From NCBI GenBank assembly GCA_964013675.1, contig CAXGXE010000003.1:1-58800 (forward strand): DNA of 58,800 bases, read 5' to 3'. A model generated the notes under the pieces. The model worked only from the letters and a program-made list of their open reading frames with translations, was not told the origin of the DNA and made no database searches. Origin of the DNA: an uncultured Verrucomicrobiales bacterium. Its GTDB lineage: Bacteria > Verrucomicrobiota > Verrucomicrobiia > Limisphaerales > UBA1100. Numbering within the stretch: the first letter of the stretch is position 1; each line of letters opens with the position of its first letter. Below are positions 38,800 to 48,398 of the stretch, in pieces. Made by a program: the position numbers and the translations under genes.

Positions 38800-39217
38800 G
38801 ATCTTTCGCAAACAACTGCGATGGATCTTTGAACGATTTGAACTCCAGAAAATTCCCGCTCGGATCCGAAAAAAACATCGTCGCCTGTTCCCCCACCTCG
38901 CCCGCAAAACGGATGTGCGGCTTGATGTGAAAGGCCACGCCAGCCGCGCGCAGGCGATCGGCCAGCGCGTGCCATTCCGCCCACGGCAGTACTACCCCAA
39001 AATGTTTCACGGGGACGGCCTGTTCGTCCACGCCGCTGAACGTGTCGTTGCCGGTTTCCTCAGGGGCCACATGCGCGACGACTTGATGCCCGTACAAATC
39101 GAAATCAATCCAGCTCGCACTCTCTCGTCCCGTGCCGCATCCGAGTATGTTTACATAAAATTCCCGCGTGCTCTCCAGATCGTTGACGGGAAATGCGAGA
39201 TGAAACGGCGTCTGCAT
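38789..39217 (-). CDS. VOC/glyoxalase family protein
   Basis: [23 protein letters not shown]. Confidence 0.9.
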   Translation of the reverse strand: MQTPFHLAFPVNDLESTREFYVNILGCGTGRESASWIDFDLYGHQVVAHVAPEETGNDTFSGVDEQAVPVKHFGVVLPWAEWHALADRLRAAGVAFHIKPHIRFAGEVGEQATMFFSDPSGNFLEFKSFKDPSQLFAKDLKS

Positions 39218-39258
39218 GGGTGCAGTGTAGTTAGGGCACCGTGAGCTGGCGAGAGTGG

Positions 39259-40557
39259 TTAATCGAGCTTGGGCGGCGGCGGGATGAAGGAGGGGTCGAC
39301 GCTTTCCACCGGCTCGCCCATATCATCCCAGAACGAGGATGCGGTAAGTAGGCCGTTGGTGAAGGTTTCCTCCAAACGCTTTTGGCCGTTCGGATGAAAA
39401 TACAAGAGCGTTCCGTTGCCGGCGATTACCTTTCCACTCTGGGAATCGGTAGCATCCCATGTGGTGGCACGTTCCAACTTGGGGGTGCCGTTGTCGTCCT
39501 GCCAAAATCCTTCGTATTCCAGCGAGCCATCCTCGCGGTACCATGCGGTGCGGCCTTGCGGGATGCCCTTGAGATATTCGGCCTCAAATTGTTTTTGGCC
39601 GTTTTCGTACCACCAAATCACGGTGCCCTCGTGTTTGCCGATGACGACGGGTTCCTTGCGCTTTTTCTTCGTGCGATCCTTATCCCAAAATTCGAGCACG
39701 GTGCCGTTAAACGGAGTCGCGGCGGCGAGCTGGGTTTGAAGCAATTCGCCCTGCAATCGGGTACGTTCATCCGGGTCGGTGGCTGCTTGGACCTGTTCGT
39801 TAAGTTTTTCCAGCAACGCATCATCTGCGCGTTGGTAAATGAATTCACCGCGCACCTCGGAATCAGTCACTAATATCGCACCGGCTGGTAGTGGCTGAAC
39901 GCCGGGAGGCAGCGTAGGTTGCGTGGGATCTACTTGGGGGCGTTGAGCAATGAGTTGGCCTGATGTATCCCATTCCTTGGCTTGAGCAGGGTATCCCAAT
40001 TCGTCGTAATGATTTTCTGCCAACACCAGTTCGCCGGTATCATTCCAGAGCGTTCCGGTTTCGGCGAGACGGCCGCGGTTAATGTAGGCCACCAAAATTT
40101 GTGTGCCATTATTTTCGAGAATTACCCGGCCAGTGTAGGGTTCAGCTTCGTAGGCGGCTGGTTTCATTTTGGTGGTGCCGTCGGTGTCATCCACCTCATA
40201 AGTCAGTGCACCAAAATCCGAACTAAAGATTTCCCGTACCGGCGGTAAATAGCTGAAGTCACGCGAAGTTTCCTTCACTGCAAAATACAGTGCGGTATCC
40301 CATAAATCTGCCTGCGGTACGGCGTTGGTGGGAATGGCCTCGCCGGCGGGGTTATTGGGATTGGGCATCGATATAGCCTGCCGGTTTTCATCTAGCCGCG
40401 CCAAAAACTGTGGTTCAATCAGGCGTGGATATTGGTCGCCGGCAGCCACAGTGAGCGTGCCCGTCGGTGTGGGAGCCGAGCACCCTGCGGACCCGGTGAG
40501 GAGTCCACAGAGGCTCGCTGTAACGGCAAAAAAGCCACTTTTAAGCGTTTTTTCCAT
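39259..40557 (-). CDS. Lipoprotein with MORN-variant (YwqK-like) repeats
   Basis: SAGC lipobox-like site; WYENGQK, WYREDGS, FHPNGQK repeats; start uncertain (40557 or 40596). Confidence 0.75.
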   Translation of the reverse strand: MEKTLKSGFFAVTASLCGLLTGSAGCSAPTPTGTLTVAAGDQYPRLIEPQFLARLDENRQAISMPNPNNPAGEAIPTNAVPQADLWDTALYFAVKETSRDFSYLPPVREIFSSDFGALTYEVDDTDGTTKMKPAAYEAEPYTGRVILENNGTQILVAYINRGRLAETGTLWNDTGELVLAENHYDELGYPAQAKEWDTSGQLIAQRPQVDPTQPTLPPGVQPLPAGAILVTDSEVRGEFIYQRADDALLEKLNEQVQAATDPDERTRLQGELLQTQLAAATPFNGTVLEFWDKDRTKKKRKEPVVIGKHEGTVIWWYENGQKQFEAEYLKGIPQGRTAWYREDGSLEYEGFWQDDNGTPKLERATTWDATDSQSGKVIAGNGTLLYFHPNGQKRLEETFTNGLLTASSFWDDMGEPVESVDPSFIPPPPKLD

Positions 40558-40709
40558 GTTAACAGCCTTATTCGGCGTCAAATTCACCTTATTCATAGCC
40601 GGGTTGCGGAGTGAACGGAGCAATTCTCGTACCGGACTGTTAATAACTTTGCAATCCCGAGCCGGGCAGCTCATGGCCAAACAAACTGGTTCCTCCTACT
40701 CTATGCCGC

Positions 40710-41042
40710 ATGGCGCATACGCGCAAATGTCCCCAGTGCGGCACTCCCGTGGTTGGCACGCGATCGGTGTGCCCACGTTGCCAAGGTGGGATGAAGGAAT
40801 CGCATCGCTGGGATGATCCTCTGGATCGCCGCAGTGCCCGTGAAGAAAAACTCCACGCGGCTAATGTGCGCATGCGCAATAGCGGCATCGGCCTGTTCAT
40901 CATGGGCGTGCTGTTGTTGAGCCAGGGCGTGGATGGCGCGGCCAATCGGCTGACGCCTGTGGGAGCGATGGGCGTTTTCTTTATCGTGGTGGGCACCATC
41001 TGTTTTCTTTGGGGCTGGAAATTGAATCAGCTCGAGAAATAA
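40710..41042 (+). CDS. Zinc-ribbon membrane protein
   Basis: CPQCG...CPRC then two hydrophobic helices. Confidence 0.65.
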   Translation: MAHTRKCPQCGTPVVGTRSVCPRCQGGMKESHRWDDPLDRRSAREEKLHAANVRMRNSGIGLFIMGVLLLSQGVDGAANRLTPVGAMGVFFIVVGTICFLWGWKLNQLEK

Positions 41043-41092
41043 AAAAGGCGGGCCGAAGCCCGCCGTGGAAAGATGCTTGGCACGGGGCTTGT

Positions 41093-41569
41093 CTACTTCT
41101 TTTTCTTAGGCGCCTCCACCACCTTGATGGTGATTTTTTTGGAGATCACCGGCGGATCATGTGGGATGTGTGCGAAGTCCGCGAACACCAATTGCAGGGT
41201 GTGCTCACCCGGGGCCAAGTCCAGTGTCGTCTCGGTTTGCCCACCACCAAAGTGGATCAGCGTTTCCGAGGCGGCCAATGGCAGATTCATCGGCGGCATT
41301 TCCTTGGCGTTCACCAGCAGGTGATGGTGACCAGTGTTTTCCTGTGGCTTTCCATTAGGCAGCACCAGGCCCGCTGGGCAAACGCCCATGCCTTTCAGGC
41401 CAAAAACCACGCGAACGGGGCCACGCACAGTCTTGCCATTTCTCGGCATCAGGATTTCCACTTTCGCCCCTTTGGGAGACGGATTGCGCGGGATTTTGTT
41501 GTCCTCGGCCCAAGTGAATTGCGCGAGCAAGGCGCCCGCCAGGCAGGTCAATAATAAGTGTTTCATCAT
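41093..41569 (-). CDS. DUF4399 domain protein
   Basis: Signal peptide; TGHHHLLV, HFGGGQTE, LAPGEHTLQL. Confidence 0.88.
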   Translation of the reverse strand: MMKHLLLTCLAGALLAQFTWAEDNKIPRNPSPKGAKVEILMPRNGKTVRGPVRVVFGLKGMGVCPAGLVLPNGKPQENTGHHHLLVNAKEMPPMNLPLAASETLIHFGGGQTETTLDLAPGEHTLQLVFADFAHIPHDPPVISKKITIKVVEAPKKKK

Positions 41570-41654
41570 AAGAACGGTTCAGGCCGATTGTGGCGAATGC
41601 GGGCGCGCGCGCAAGTCTTCGTTGCCGAATTGTTCAACTGAATTGTGAGCCCGC

Positions 41655-41945
41655 TTATTCAGCCGCTGCCGTATCCGCCGTTTCCCCATCATCTTCGGCC
41701 GCTCGGGCGGCCTCCTCTTCGGCCGCTTTCTGGGCCGCCTCCGCGGCGGCCTGTTGTGCGAGATACAGGCTCAAGTGCAGCTCAGAAAACATCGTCCGCG
41801 CAAACCACCGCACCATCAGGCCAAAAGCCGCCGCCGCAATGCACGCGCGCATCAGCGACACCCCAAGATCATTGCCGTTGAATGTGTTCAACCCGAACAC
41901 CAGCAAAAACCCAATCATGCCGCCCTGTATTATGTATGGTTTCAT
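41655..41945 (-). CDS. Hypothetical small membrane protein
   Basis: Two hydrophobic segments, A/E-rich tail. Confidence 0.55.
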   Translation of the reverse strand: MKPYIIQGGMIGFLLVFGLNTFNGNDLGVSLMRACIAAAAFGLMVRWFARTMFSELHLSLYLAQQAAAEAAQKAAEEEAARAAEDDGETADTAAAE

Positions 41946-41996
41946 TACCCAAAACCCACCCAGTAAAACTCGGCGATTTTCTGAGAAACTTTAGGT

Positions 41997-42785
41997 TTAT
42001 TTCAATCCGGAAACAATACGGGGACCAAGGGTATCGCCGCCGTCGAGGGGAAGAATGTGGCCGGTGGTGTGGGTGGCTTGGATCATGGCGAGAATGCCCG
42101 AGGCGATGTCGTCGGGCGTGGCCACTTTCCCCAGCACGGCTCCGGCGGCCTTGGCGCTACGCACTGATTCGTAGGCCTCGCCCAAGCCTTGTTGGAGCCA
42201 ATCGCCTTCGATGAAGCCGGGTGCCACGGCGTTGACACGGATTTCGGGGCCGAGTGTGCGGGCCAGAGAAAGTGTTAGGTTTATGACGGCCGCTTTACTG
42301 GCGCAGTATGGGATGGAGCTGCCGGCACCTACGATGCCGGCGATGCTAGCGGTGTTAACGATCACACCGCCTTCTCCATCGGCCAGTGCTTCGCGCGCCG
42401 CCCGCGCCATTTGAAACGGGCCCTTGAGATTGACGGCCAGAATGCGGTCCCAATCTTCATCCTGAACGGCTTCGAGATCCGAAAAATCAATGAACCGCGT
42501 AGTGCCAGCGTTGTTGACGAGGATATCGAGAGCGCCAAAAGTTTCCAGAGTCTGGGCAACCATCCGGCGGCAGGCGGCATCCTCTGCCACATCGCCAGGT
42601 ACGAAAATGGTCTTCACGCCGGCTTCGCGGCATTGGCTAGCCACGGTTTCGGCGTGGTCGGCGGATTGATGGTAATTGATGGCCACCCGGCAACCGGCCT
42701 GCGCCAGCTGCCGTGCCGTCGCCGCCCCGACGCCTCGCGAAGCGCCGGTGATGAGGGCGGTTTGTTGATCGAGGGTTCGGGGCAC
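41997..42785 (-). CDS. SDR family oxidoreductase
   Basis: TGASRGVG, NNAG, YCASK, VNAVAPG. Confidence 0.93.
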   Translation of the reverse strand: MPRTLDQQTALITGASRGVGAATARQLAQAGCRVAINYHQSADHAETVASQCREAGVKTIFVPGDVAEDAACRRMVAQTLETFGALDILVNNAGTTRFIDFSDLEAVQDEDWDRILAVNLKGPFQMARAAREALADGEGGVIVNTASIAGIVGAGSSIPYCASKAAVINLTLSLARTLGPEIRVNAVAPGFIEGDWLQQGLGEAYESVRSAKAAGAVLGKVATPDDIASGILAMIQATHTTGHILPLDGGDTLGPRIVSGLK

Positions 42786-42792
42786 GGGACGC

Positions 42793-43500
42793 CTACTTCA
42801 ATTCCTTGAGAACCAAGTTGCGCCAGCGGACTTGCGCACCGACGAGTTCTTTTTTGCCACCGATGCCGTGAACCTGCAGGCCAATGAAACCCTTGGCGGT
42901 GAAGGAATCCTTGAAATCAGCGCGAGGCACGCCGTTAAGCCAGGTTTTGATGGAATCGCCCCGGCACTCGACACGCACCGTATTCCATTTGCCGGGCTTG
43001 TAGGTTTTGACGCCGGTGGCGGTGAACTGGGCCGCATCGCCGCCGTTTTGGCCAGGGAAAAGCCAGCCGCGCCGGCCTTCATCATAAATGCCGCCGCTCC
43101 ACATGCGGTCGGGTTTATTCGGGTCGATCTCCACCTGATACCCGTGCACACGGCCTTTGGCAATTTTTCGCGTCTTGCCATTGCCGAGATCCACGGTGGT
43201 GTCCTTGGTAAACATGTTGGATCGGATTTGCACGCCGGAGTTGAGGCGGTTGTCGCACAGGTACTCGTATTCGAGCACGAAATCGCCATAGAGTTTTTCG
43301 GTGCACATGAAGGAGTTGGGCGTACCGGCCACCGCCGTGCCGACGATCACACCATCTTTCACGGTGTATTTGGCCACCCCACCCCTTTGGGTCCAGCCTG
43401 TAAAATCCTTGCCATTAAAGAGTGCCACCGCTCCCTTGTCTGCCGCCGTAAGCGAAAGGGGAAAAAGTGATACGATGGCCAAGAGAATCAATTGTTTCAT
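42793..43500 (-). CDS. DUF1080 (3-keto-disaccharide hydrolase-like) protein
   Basis: LFNGKDFTGW, NSGVQIRS, GYQVEI, GFIGLQVH; start MKQLIL. Confidence 0.9.
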   Translation of the reverse strand: MKQLILLAIVSLFPLSLTAADKGAVALFNGKDFTGWTQRGGVAKYTVKDGVIVGTAVAGTPNSFMCTEKLYGDFVLEYEYLCDNRLNSGVQIRSNMFTKDTTVDLGNGKTRKIAKGRVHGYQVEIDPNKPDRMWSGGIYDEGRRGWLFPGQNGGDAAQFTATGVKTYKPGKWNTVRVECRGDSIKTWLNGVPRADFKDSFTAKGFIGLQVHGIGGKKELVGAQVRWRNLVLKELK

Positions 43501-43715
43501 CGCCACGAGCCTAGCGGTGGCTGACGGGAGTGGCAAGGTTGGTGAAGCCGAATTCTCGGAGGGCGCTAAAACGTTATATCGGTTTTTTTGAACATTCGGA
43601 GAATGTTATCCGTGTCTCCGGGAGGGATTTCTGTGTTGGAGAGATTCAAGTTGGAGAGATGCTCCAGCACAGTAAAGACTGCGAAATAGGAATATCAGAG
43701 AAAAATTAGATGCAC

Positions 43716-43741
43716 AAAAAAACACCCGTGAAACGGGTGTT
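43716..43741 (-). terminator. Terminator of small lipoprotein gene
   Basis: AACACCCGT-TTC-ACGGGTGTT + T tract on minus strand. Confidence 0.7.
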
Positions 43742-43773
43742 GTCTAAAATACAGTTGGGGATTGGAATTGCGG

Positions 43774-43923
43774 CTATTCCATTTCTTCCTCGGCCATGGA
43801 CTCTTCCTCTTCTTGATCGCTATCAATAGGGCCCTCGTCGGGGGTCTCCGCAGCACATGCTAAGAAGTAGAAAGAACCTGCAATAATCAGGGCGGCACTA
43901 ACAAAATTGATAAATTTTTTCAT
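43774..43923 (-). CDS. Small acidic lipoprotein, 49 aa (not in ORF track)
   Basis: MKKFINFVSAALIIAGSFYFLA-C-AAETPDEGPIDSDQEEEESMAEEEME. Confidence 0.8.
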   Translation of the reverse strand: MKKFINFVSAALIIAGSFYFLACAAETPDEGPIDSDQEEEESMAEEEME

Positions 43924-43961
43924 CACGACCGTCTGACTACACGATAAACCCCCTAATGAGC

Positions 43962-44074
43962 TAGTAAAAAAACACGCAGTATGCGTGAAAAATACTAAAA
44001 CTTAATAGAGAAGTTGGTTAGATTTCACATTTTTCAATTAAGATAGCCTTTTTTCTGTTGGCATTAACCTTGCT
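43962..44074 (+). promoter_or_regulatory. Upstream palindromes + sigma-54 promoter of array gene 1
   Basis: GCGTGAAAAATACTA 43983-43997 (partner site ending CACGC at 43977); TGGCATTAACCTTGCT 44059-44074. Confidence 0.8.
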
Positions 44075-44117
44075 TGAAAATTGGTCGCTGCGAAATTAAC
44101 CCTCGCATAACCCAAAA

Positions 44118-45152
44118 ATGAAAAATATTAAAGAAAAGGGATTTACCCTAATAGAATTGTTGGTTGTTATTGCAATCATTGGCATATTAGCCAGCATGCT
44201 CCTTCCGACCTTGGCCAAGGCTAAGAAGAAGGCAAATCGGCTTAAATGTTCCGGTAATCTTAAGAGTATCAATCAAGCCTTTGCCGGTTGTGATTCAGAG
44301 TACGGCAACGTTCCATGGATGATCACTGAAAAAGATTCTGATGCGTCCTTTAAGGATGCTTTCGGCGAAGACGGAGCAAATAATCCGCGTTATTGGAACG
44401 TAAGAAACATTTCACTTTTGTGGCAAGTTCCTGCACTGAAAAACTCATTGGGAACTTGTGCCTCGGTGCTATCCCCGAGCGATCCAGCTGCAAAACGCGA
44501 AAATGACCGGGAAAAAGCCCGAGGAGATGGCTGGGGAGAGCAAGACCAGACCAAGACCGGGGCCGTTAGTAAATACACCGGCAAGCCTATCGTATTCTGG
44601 AATGAACCAAAGACAGGAACACGTACAACCGCATCCCTAACTAGGTTAGCCCAAAGCTACGGTGTTTGCATGGGTGGCGATACACTCGTTCCTGAGACTA
44701 TCATGGCCGTGACCCGTAACGCTGATGGCGATGCTTATTGTAAGAATAAAAAGGACGGATACGTGCGGCCAGATGGGAAGGTCTTCATGGCCTCTCACAT
44801 GAAATACTTTAATCTGGCTAGTCGCCATCGTAATCACTTGCAATTGGATCATGCGAGTGCGGGCAAGTGGATTGACCCTACGCAAAATGGTGCTGATCAC
44901 AGTGGCCAGGTGCCCCTTAAATATACACCAAACGCCACGGCCCAGCTTTACAACTACAAGGGCGGAGATAGTAAGTACACCATGAATGGTCTGGATGGAA
45001 GTCAGGGTAACATTGCCAAGGCTGATGGAAGCGTGGTTCAAGGTAGCGATGCTGACATGCAGGAAGCCATCAGGGCCCACACCGAATCTGAAGGCGGAGT
45101 TCTTGGGAGCGAAGTTAATCTCGGTGTTTTACGCCCTAATCAAAGTCGTTAG
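44118..45152 (+). CDS. Pilin-like array gene 1
   Basis: KG|[13 protein letters not shown]; [30 protein letters not shown]. Confidence 0.92.
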   Translation: MKNIKEKGFTLIELLVVIAIIGILASMLLPTLAKAKKKANRLKCSGNLKSINQAFAGCDSEYGNVPWMITEKDSDASFKDAFGEDGANNPRYWNVRNISLLWQVPALKNSLGTCASVLSPSDPAAKRENDREKARGDGWGEQDQTKTGAVSKYTGKPIVFWNEPKTGTRTTASLTRLAQSYGVCMGGDTLVPETIMAVTRNADGDAYCKNKKDGYVRPDGKVFMASHMKYFNLASRHRNHLQLDHASAGKWIDPTQNGADHSGQVPLKYTPNATAQLYNYKGGDSKYTMNGLDGSQGNIAKADGSVVQGSDADMQEAIRAHTESEGGVLGSEVNLGVLRPNQSR

Positions 45153-45184
45153 AGGCCCCAGATACCATTAATTAATACTTAATC

Positions 45185-45212
45185 AGCCCCTCCATTTGGA
45201 GGGGCTCTTTTT
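45185..45212 (+). terminator. Intrinsic terminator
   Basis: AGCCCCTCC/GGAGGGGCT stem + T tract. Confidence 0.8.
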
Positions 45213-45249
45213 GTGGCATGCGGCATCCAAAAACGGGAAGCGCTCACAT

Positions 45250-45606
45250 GTACGCACTGACGATAAGGTCTTTATGGCGGCCTGGTAAAACTGGCAACAG
45301 CTCGGAGGGCGCGATCACATGCATCTCGAACTCAATCATTCGAGTGCTGGCGCATGGAGTGACCCGGTTGACATAGATTCAAGGGAACCTGAGATCAAGG
45401 CAACTTTTCCCCATAAAAACGGAGGAAAATATTATTCGATGATTGGTATGGATGCCTCTCAAGGCAACTACGCTTTGGCTGACGGTAGCGTTGTGTAGGG
45501 AACTGACGTGGATTTGAGCAGTGCTATCCAAGCTCCCCTTAGTGATGGAGGCAGCGTGCTTACCGAGAAAAACGCTGCTGTGTTACGCCCCAACACCACA
45601 AGATAA
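45250..45606 (+). pseudogene. 3' half of a pilin-like paralogue with two in-frame stops
   Basis: VRTDDKVFMAAW*NWQQLG...LELNHSSAGAWSDP...GKYYSMIGMDASQGNYALADGSVV*GTD...VLRPNTTR; TAA 45286, TAG 45496. Confidence 0.85.
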
Positions 45607-45643
45607 CACTCTAAACAAGACGCGGCCCAGTCCGCGGATAAAT

Positions 45644-45724
45644 AAAACGGCCTCTCCTTCGGGAGAGGCTGTTTTGTTTAACCCTCACATTTTTGAACAA
45701 AAAAGCCCCTCCCGTAGGAGGGGC
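45644..45724. terminator. Two adjacent terminators (+ strand 45644-45675; - strand 45699-45724)
   Basis: AAAACGGCCTCTCC-TTCG-GGAGAGGCTGTTTT and A6-GCCCCTCC-CGTA-GGAGGGGC. Confidence 0.75.
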
Positions 45725-45744
45725 GGAGAATAACGGGTTGTGGG

Positions 45745-46089
45745 CTATGGCTGTTCCACAGTGGCTTCCGGCAGGGCTGCCTTTAATGCACTGATGCCCG
45801 CTGCGGTGATCTTGGTTCCGTCCATAATCACCACGGTATCCAGCTTCTTGCAGGATTCTAACGTTTTCAACAAGGCATCATCACACCCCTCAGTATTCAG
45901 CGTCACCTGCTCGATATTCCCGGCATCGGACTGAGAATATTGCGCGCCGGCATTGTCTAAAGCGGTGGCGGCCGCTTGCTCTTCCGCGGGCAGTTCTCCC
46001 TGCGGGGCGTCTTCAGAAACAGTTTCGCCGCCACAGGCCACGAAGAATACCGGCAGGAGCACGGAAATAAGGATGTTTTTAAGTTTCAT
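45745..46089 (-). CDS. Acidic lipoprotein with LRR-cap-like C-terminus
   Basis: Lipobox FVAC-GG; C-terminal TKITAAGISALKAALP. Confidence 0.8.
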   Translation of the reverse strand: MKLKNILISVLLPVFFVACGGETVSEDAPQGELPAEEQAAATALDNAGAQYSQSDAGNIEQVTLNTEGCDDALLKTLESCKKLDTVVIMDGTKITAAGISALKAALPEATVEQP

Positions 46090-46213
46090 TGGATGAGTTT
46101 ATTTTTGTGGTTTGGTTTGGGTAGTTGGTCTGCATACAAAGAAGCAGGACTGAAAGATTGGGCAAACTCATTCGGAATAGCAATCCAAAAACCACTCAAA
46201 ACCCACCATATTT

Positions 46214-46315
46214 GCGTGAAAATCACGCACTTTTTCCGCTTTGATGTATGATACGCGTGATTTTTTCGCTTATTTCTGTGACTAACACTTCAACTTCAAT
46301 GGCATAAAAACTGCG
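46214..46315 (+). promoter_or_regulatory. Upstream palindromes + sigma-54 promoter of array gene 2
   Basis: GCGTGAAAATCACGC 46214-46228; GCGTGATTTTTTCGC 46255-46269; TGGCATAAAAACTGCG 46300-46315. Confidence 0.8.
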
Positions 46316-46393
46316 TGTAAGGGTTCAACTTGGACACGTATGCAGTGACGGAACCCAATCTTGAGACTGCACCCAACAAACCAACTGAAAACC

Positions 46394-47353
46394 ATGAAAA
46401 ACATCAAAAACTACTCTAAAGCATTTACGCTGATTGAGCTGCTGGTCGTGATCGCCATTATTGGCATCCTCGCCTCCATGCTGCTACCCACCTTGGCTAA
46501 GGCCAAGAAAAAGGCGAATCGCCTCAAATGCGCCAACCAACTCGGCCAAATCTCAAAAGCCATCACCGCCTTCGGTGGAGAGTACGGGGGAACTCCTTGG
46601 ACTCTTACCAAAGAGGATAGTGATGCCCATTACCGCGTCTACAACGACGGGCAAGGCGGCGGCTGGCGCGGCGACTGGTCTTGGGCTCTGGATCCCTACC
46701 ATTGGCACACTGGCAGCCATGTAATTACCTCCGAGCTTGGCAGCGCAAAGGCCTTCCACTCCCCTTCGGATCCAAAAACCAAGCGTCAAAACGACCAAAA
46801 GGTTGCTCAGGCAGGATGGGGCTGGCGCAATGCTACCGGGAACCCTTCCCAGAATCACGGCTACAAGCACCGCTCGCTGGATCAGGGCCAAAGCTACGCC
46901 ATTTGCCTCGGGGCTGATGCCTTACAGGGAGACAGCCTATTGGGCTTTACTCGTAATATCGGTGGTGATGACAGCTCGCGTACCAGCGTGAATTATCACT
47001 TCTCATACGGTGGCCAAAACCGTAACCACGGCTTCCGTCGTCACTGGGGAAATGATCACCGCCTCTGCATCAACCTGCACAATGAAGCCGGTGACCCACT
47101 CGATGGGAATGGCGTTTACAACGTCGGCACAAAAGGCGGTGTGGTAGGCTGGAATGGAGCTGACGCCACTGGTTCACTCAAGTATTACGCCTTGAGCGGG
47201 CTTGATGCCTCCCAAGGCAACTTGGTGACTGTCGATGGTGCTACTCAGCAGACCGATGACGCCGGCCTCGCTGCGGCTGCCCAGAAACATGGTGAAGGCA
47301 CTGGCCTCACTAACGGCAAGCCCAACTTCAACACCATGCGCATGCGCAAGTAA
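46394..47353 (+). CDS. Pilin-like array gene 2
   Basis: KA|FTLIELLVV; PW, SPSDP, QSYAICLGAD, GLDASQGNLVTVDG; ATG 46394. Confidence 0.92.
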   Translation: MKNIKNYSKAFTLIELLVVIAIIGILASMLLPTLAKAKKKANRLKCANQLGQISKAITAFGGEYGGTPWTLTKEDSDAHYRVYNDGQGGGWRGDWSWALDPYHWHTGSHVITSELGSAKAFHSPSDPKTKRQNDQKVAQAGWGWRNATGNPSQNHGYKHRSLDQGQSYAICLGADALQGDSLLGFTRNIGGDDSSRTSVNYHFSYGGQNRNHGFRRHWGNDHRLCINLHNEAGDPLDGNGVYNVGTKGGVVGWNGADATGSLKYYALSGLDASQGNLVTVDGATQQTDDAGLAAAAQKHGEGTGLTNGKPNFNTMRMRK

Positions 47354-47379
47354 GCGACTCAGTTGAATATAATCAATCC

Positions 47380-47406
47380 AAGCCCCCCGTAAGGGGGGCT
47401 TTTTTT
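47380..47406 (+). terminator. Intrinsic terminator
   Basis: AAGCCCCCC-GTAA-GGGGGGCTT + T tract. Confidence 0.85.
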
Positions 47407-47480
47407 GTGGCGCGCGGCATTCAAAAACAGGATTGCCTCACGTCCTCAAATCCCGTATCCCTTGCCGCCCGCTTCTCAAG

Positions 47481-47567
47481 GCCCACGTGGCGGAATTGGC
47501 AGACGCGCTAGATTCAGGTTCTAGTCTCAGCAATGAGGTGCAGGTTCAACTCCTGCCGTGGGCACCA
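47481..47567 (+). tRNA. tRNA-Leu (CAG)
   Basis: GCCCACG/CGTGGGC acceptor + ACCA; CTAGA-TTCAGGT-TCTAG anticodon arm; long variable arm. Confidence 0.96.
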
Positions 47568-47848
47568 TTCCTTTGACTCCCCCTTAGCTTTACATTGAAA
47601 TACGGTGACTTTGGGGGAGGGGTGGAGGCTGCATCCAACTATCCGATTGCAACAAGCAATTATAATCTAGTGGCTCGGCTGGCCCTCAGCATAACGTAAT
47701 AACGAGCCTGGCGGCGGCACCTTGGGCGGTACGAGTGGTAATCCTCAGAAATTCACTAGCGCACGGCCATCGCAAGATTGGGCGACCGGATAATCTTGGC
47801 ACAGCCATCGTTTATATTGTTCGGAGAGTTTTATTTTTGTTGGACCAC

Positions 47849-47872
47849 AAAAAAAGCCCGCAGAAGCGGGCT
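47849..47872 (-). terminator. Terminator of small lipoprotein gene
   Basis: AGCCCGC-TTCT-GCGGGCT + T tract on minus strand. Confidence 0.75.
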
Positions 47873-47898
47873 AGTGATTTATATTTCAGTAACTTGGG

Positions 47899-48069
47899 TT
47901 ACTCGGATTCTTCACCACCGGCGTCTTCGCCGCCATCACCGGCCTCTTCACTTGGGTCTGGGCCCATATCGTCATTGGGGGGTTCTTCCTCGACTGCTGC
48001 CCCACCACCGCAGGCCACGAAAGCCGCCGCAAAAACCACCGCAGTAGCGTGATTGATCAATTTTTTCAT
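47899..48069 (-). CDS. Small acidic lipoprotein, 56 aa (not in ORF track)
   Basis: MKKLINHATAVVFAAAFVA-C-GGGAAVEEEPPNDDMGPDPSEEAGDGGEDAGGEESE. Confidence 0.8.
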   Translation of the reverse strand: MKKLINHATAVVFAAAFVACGGGAAVEEEPPNDDMGPDPSEEAGDGGEDAGGEESE

Positions 48070-48170
48070 TATTATCTTGTTAAGTTTGACTTAGGTTAGA
48101 TGTTCATGGCTCCGCTCATTGAATGAGGTCCACTAACGCGCCGAATGCTATACAGCTCGAAATAAAGGGC

Positions 48171-48348
48171 AAGTGTAAAATACGCGTGAAATATACGCCA
48201 TTCGCGGCTTTTTTTGATTAAGCAAAAAAACCTATTTCCACTGTTATAGATTTATTTCAACATGCCCCATTTAATGAAACCCAGTTTTCACTAAATTTCC
48301 TAAAAAACATTTTTTATTTCAATAATTGGCGTTGGCATTAAAATTGCC
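48171..48348 (+). promoter_or_regulatory. Upstream palindromes + sigma-54 promoter of array gene 3
   Basis: GCGTGAAATATACGC 48184-48198; TGGCATTAAAATTGCC 48333-48348. Confidence 0.8.
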
Positions 48349-48398
48349 TTAGCGTAGGTGCTGGGATAATACCCACAAACCCTTAATCCAATAAAAAC

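Noticed and set aside
41077-41092. Sigma-54-like TTGGCACGGGGCTTGT
   Set aside because: Ends GT rather than GC and lies between convergent gene ends
47568-47848. Prophage/ICE attachment remnant after tRNA-Leu
   Set aside because: No integrase fragment or repeated tRNA 3' end recognised
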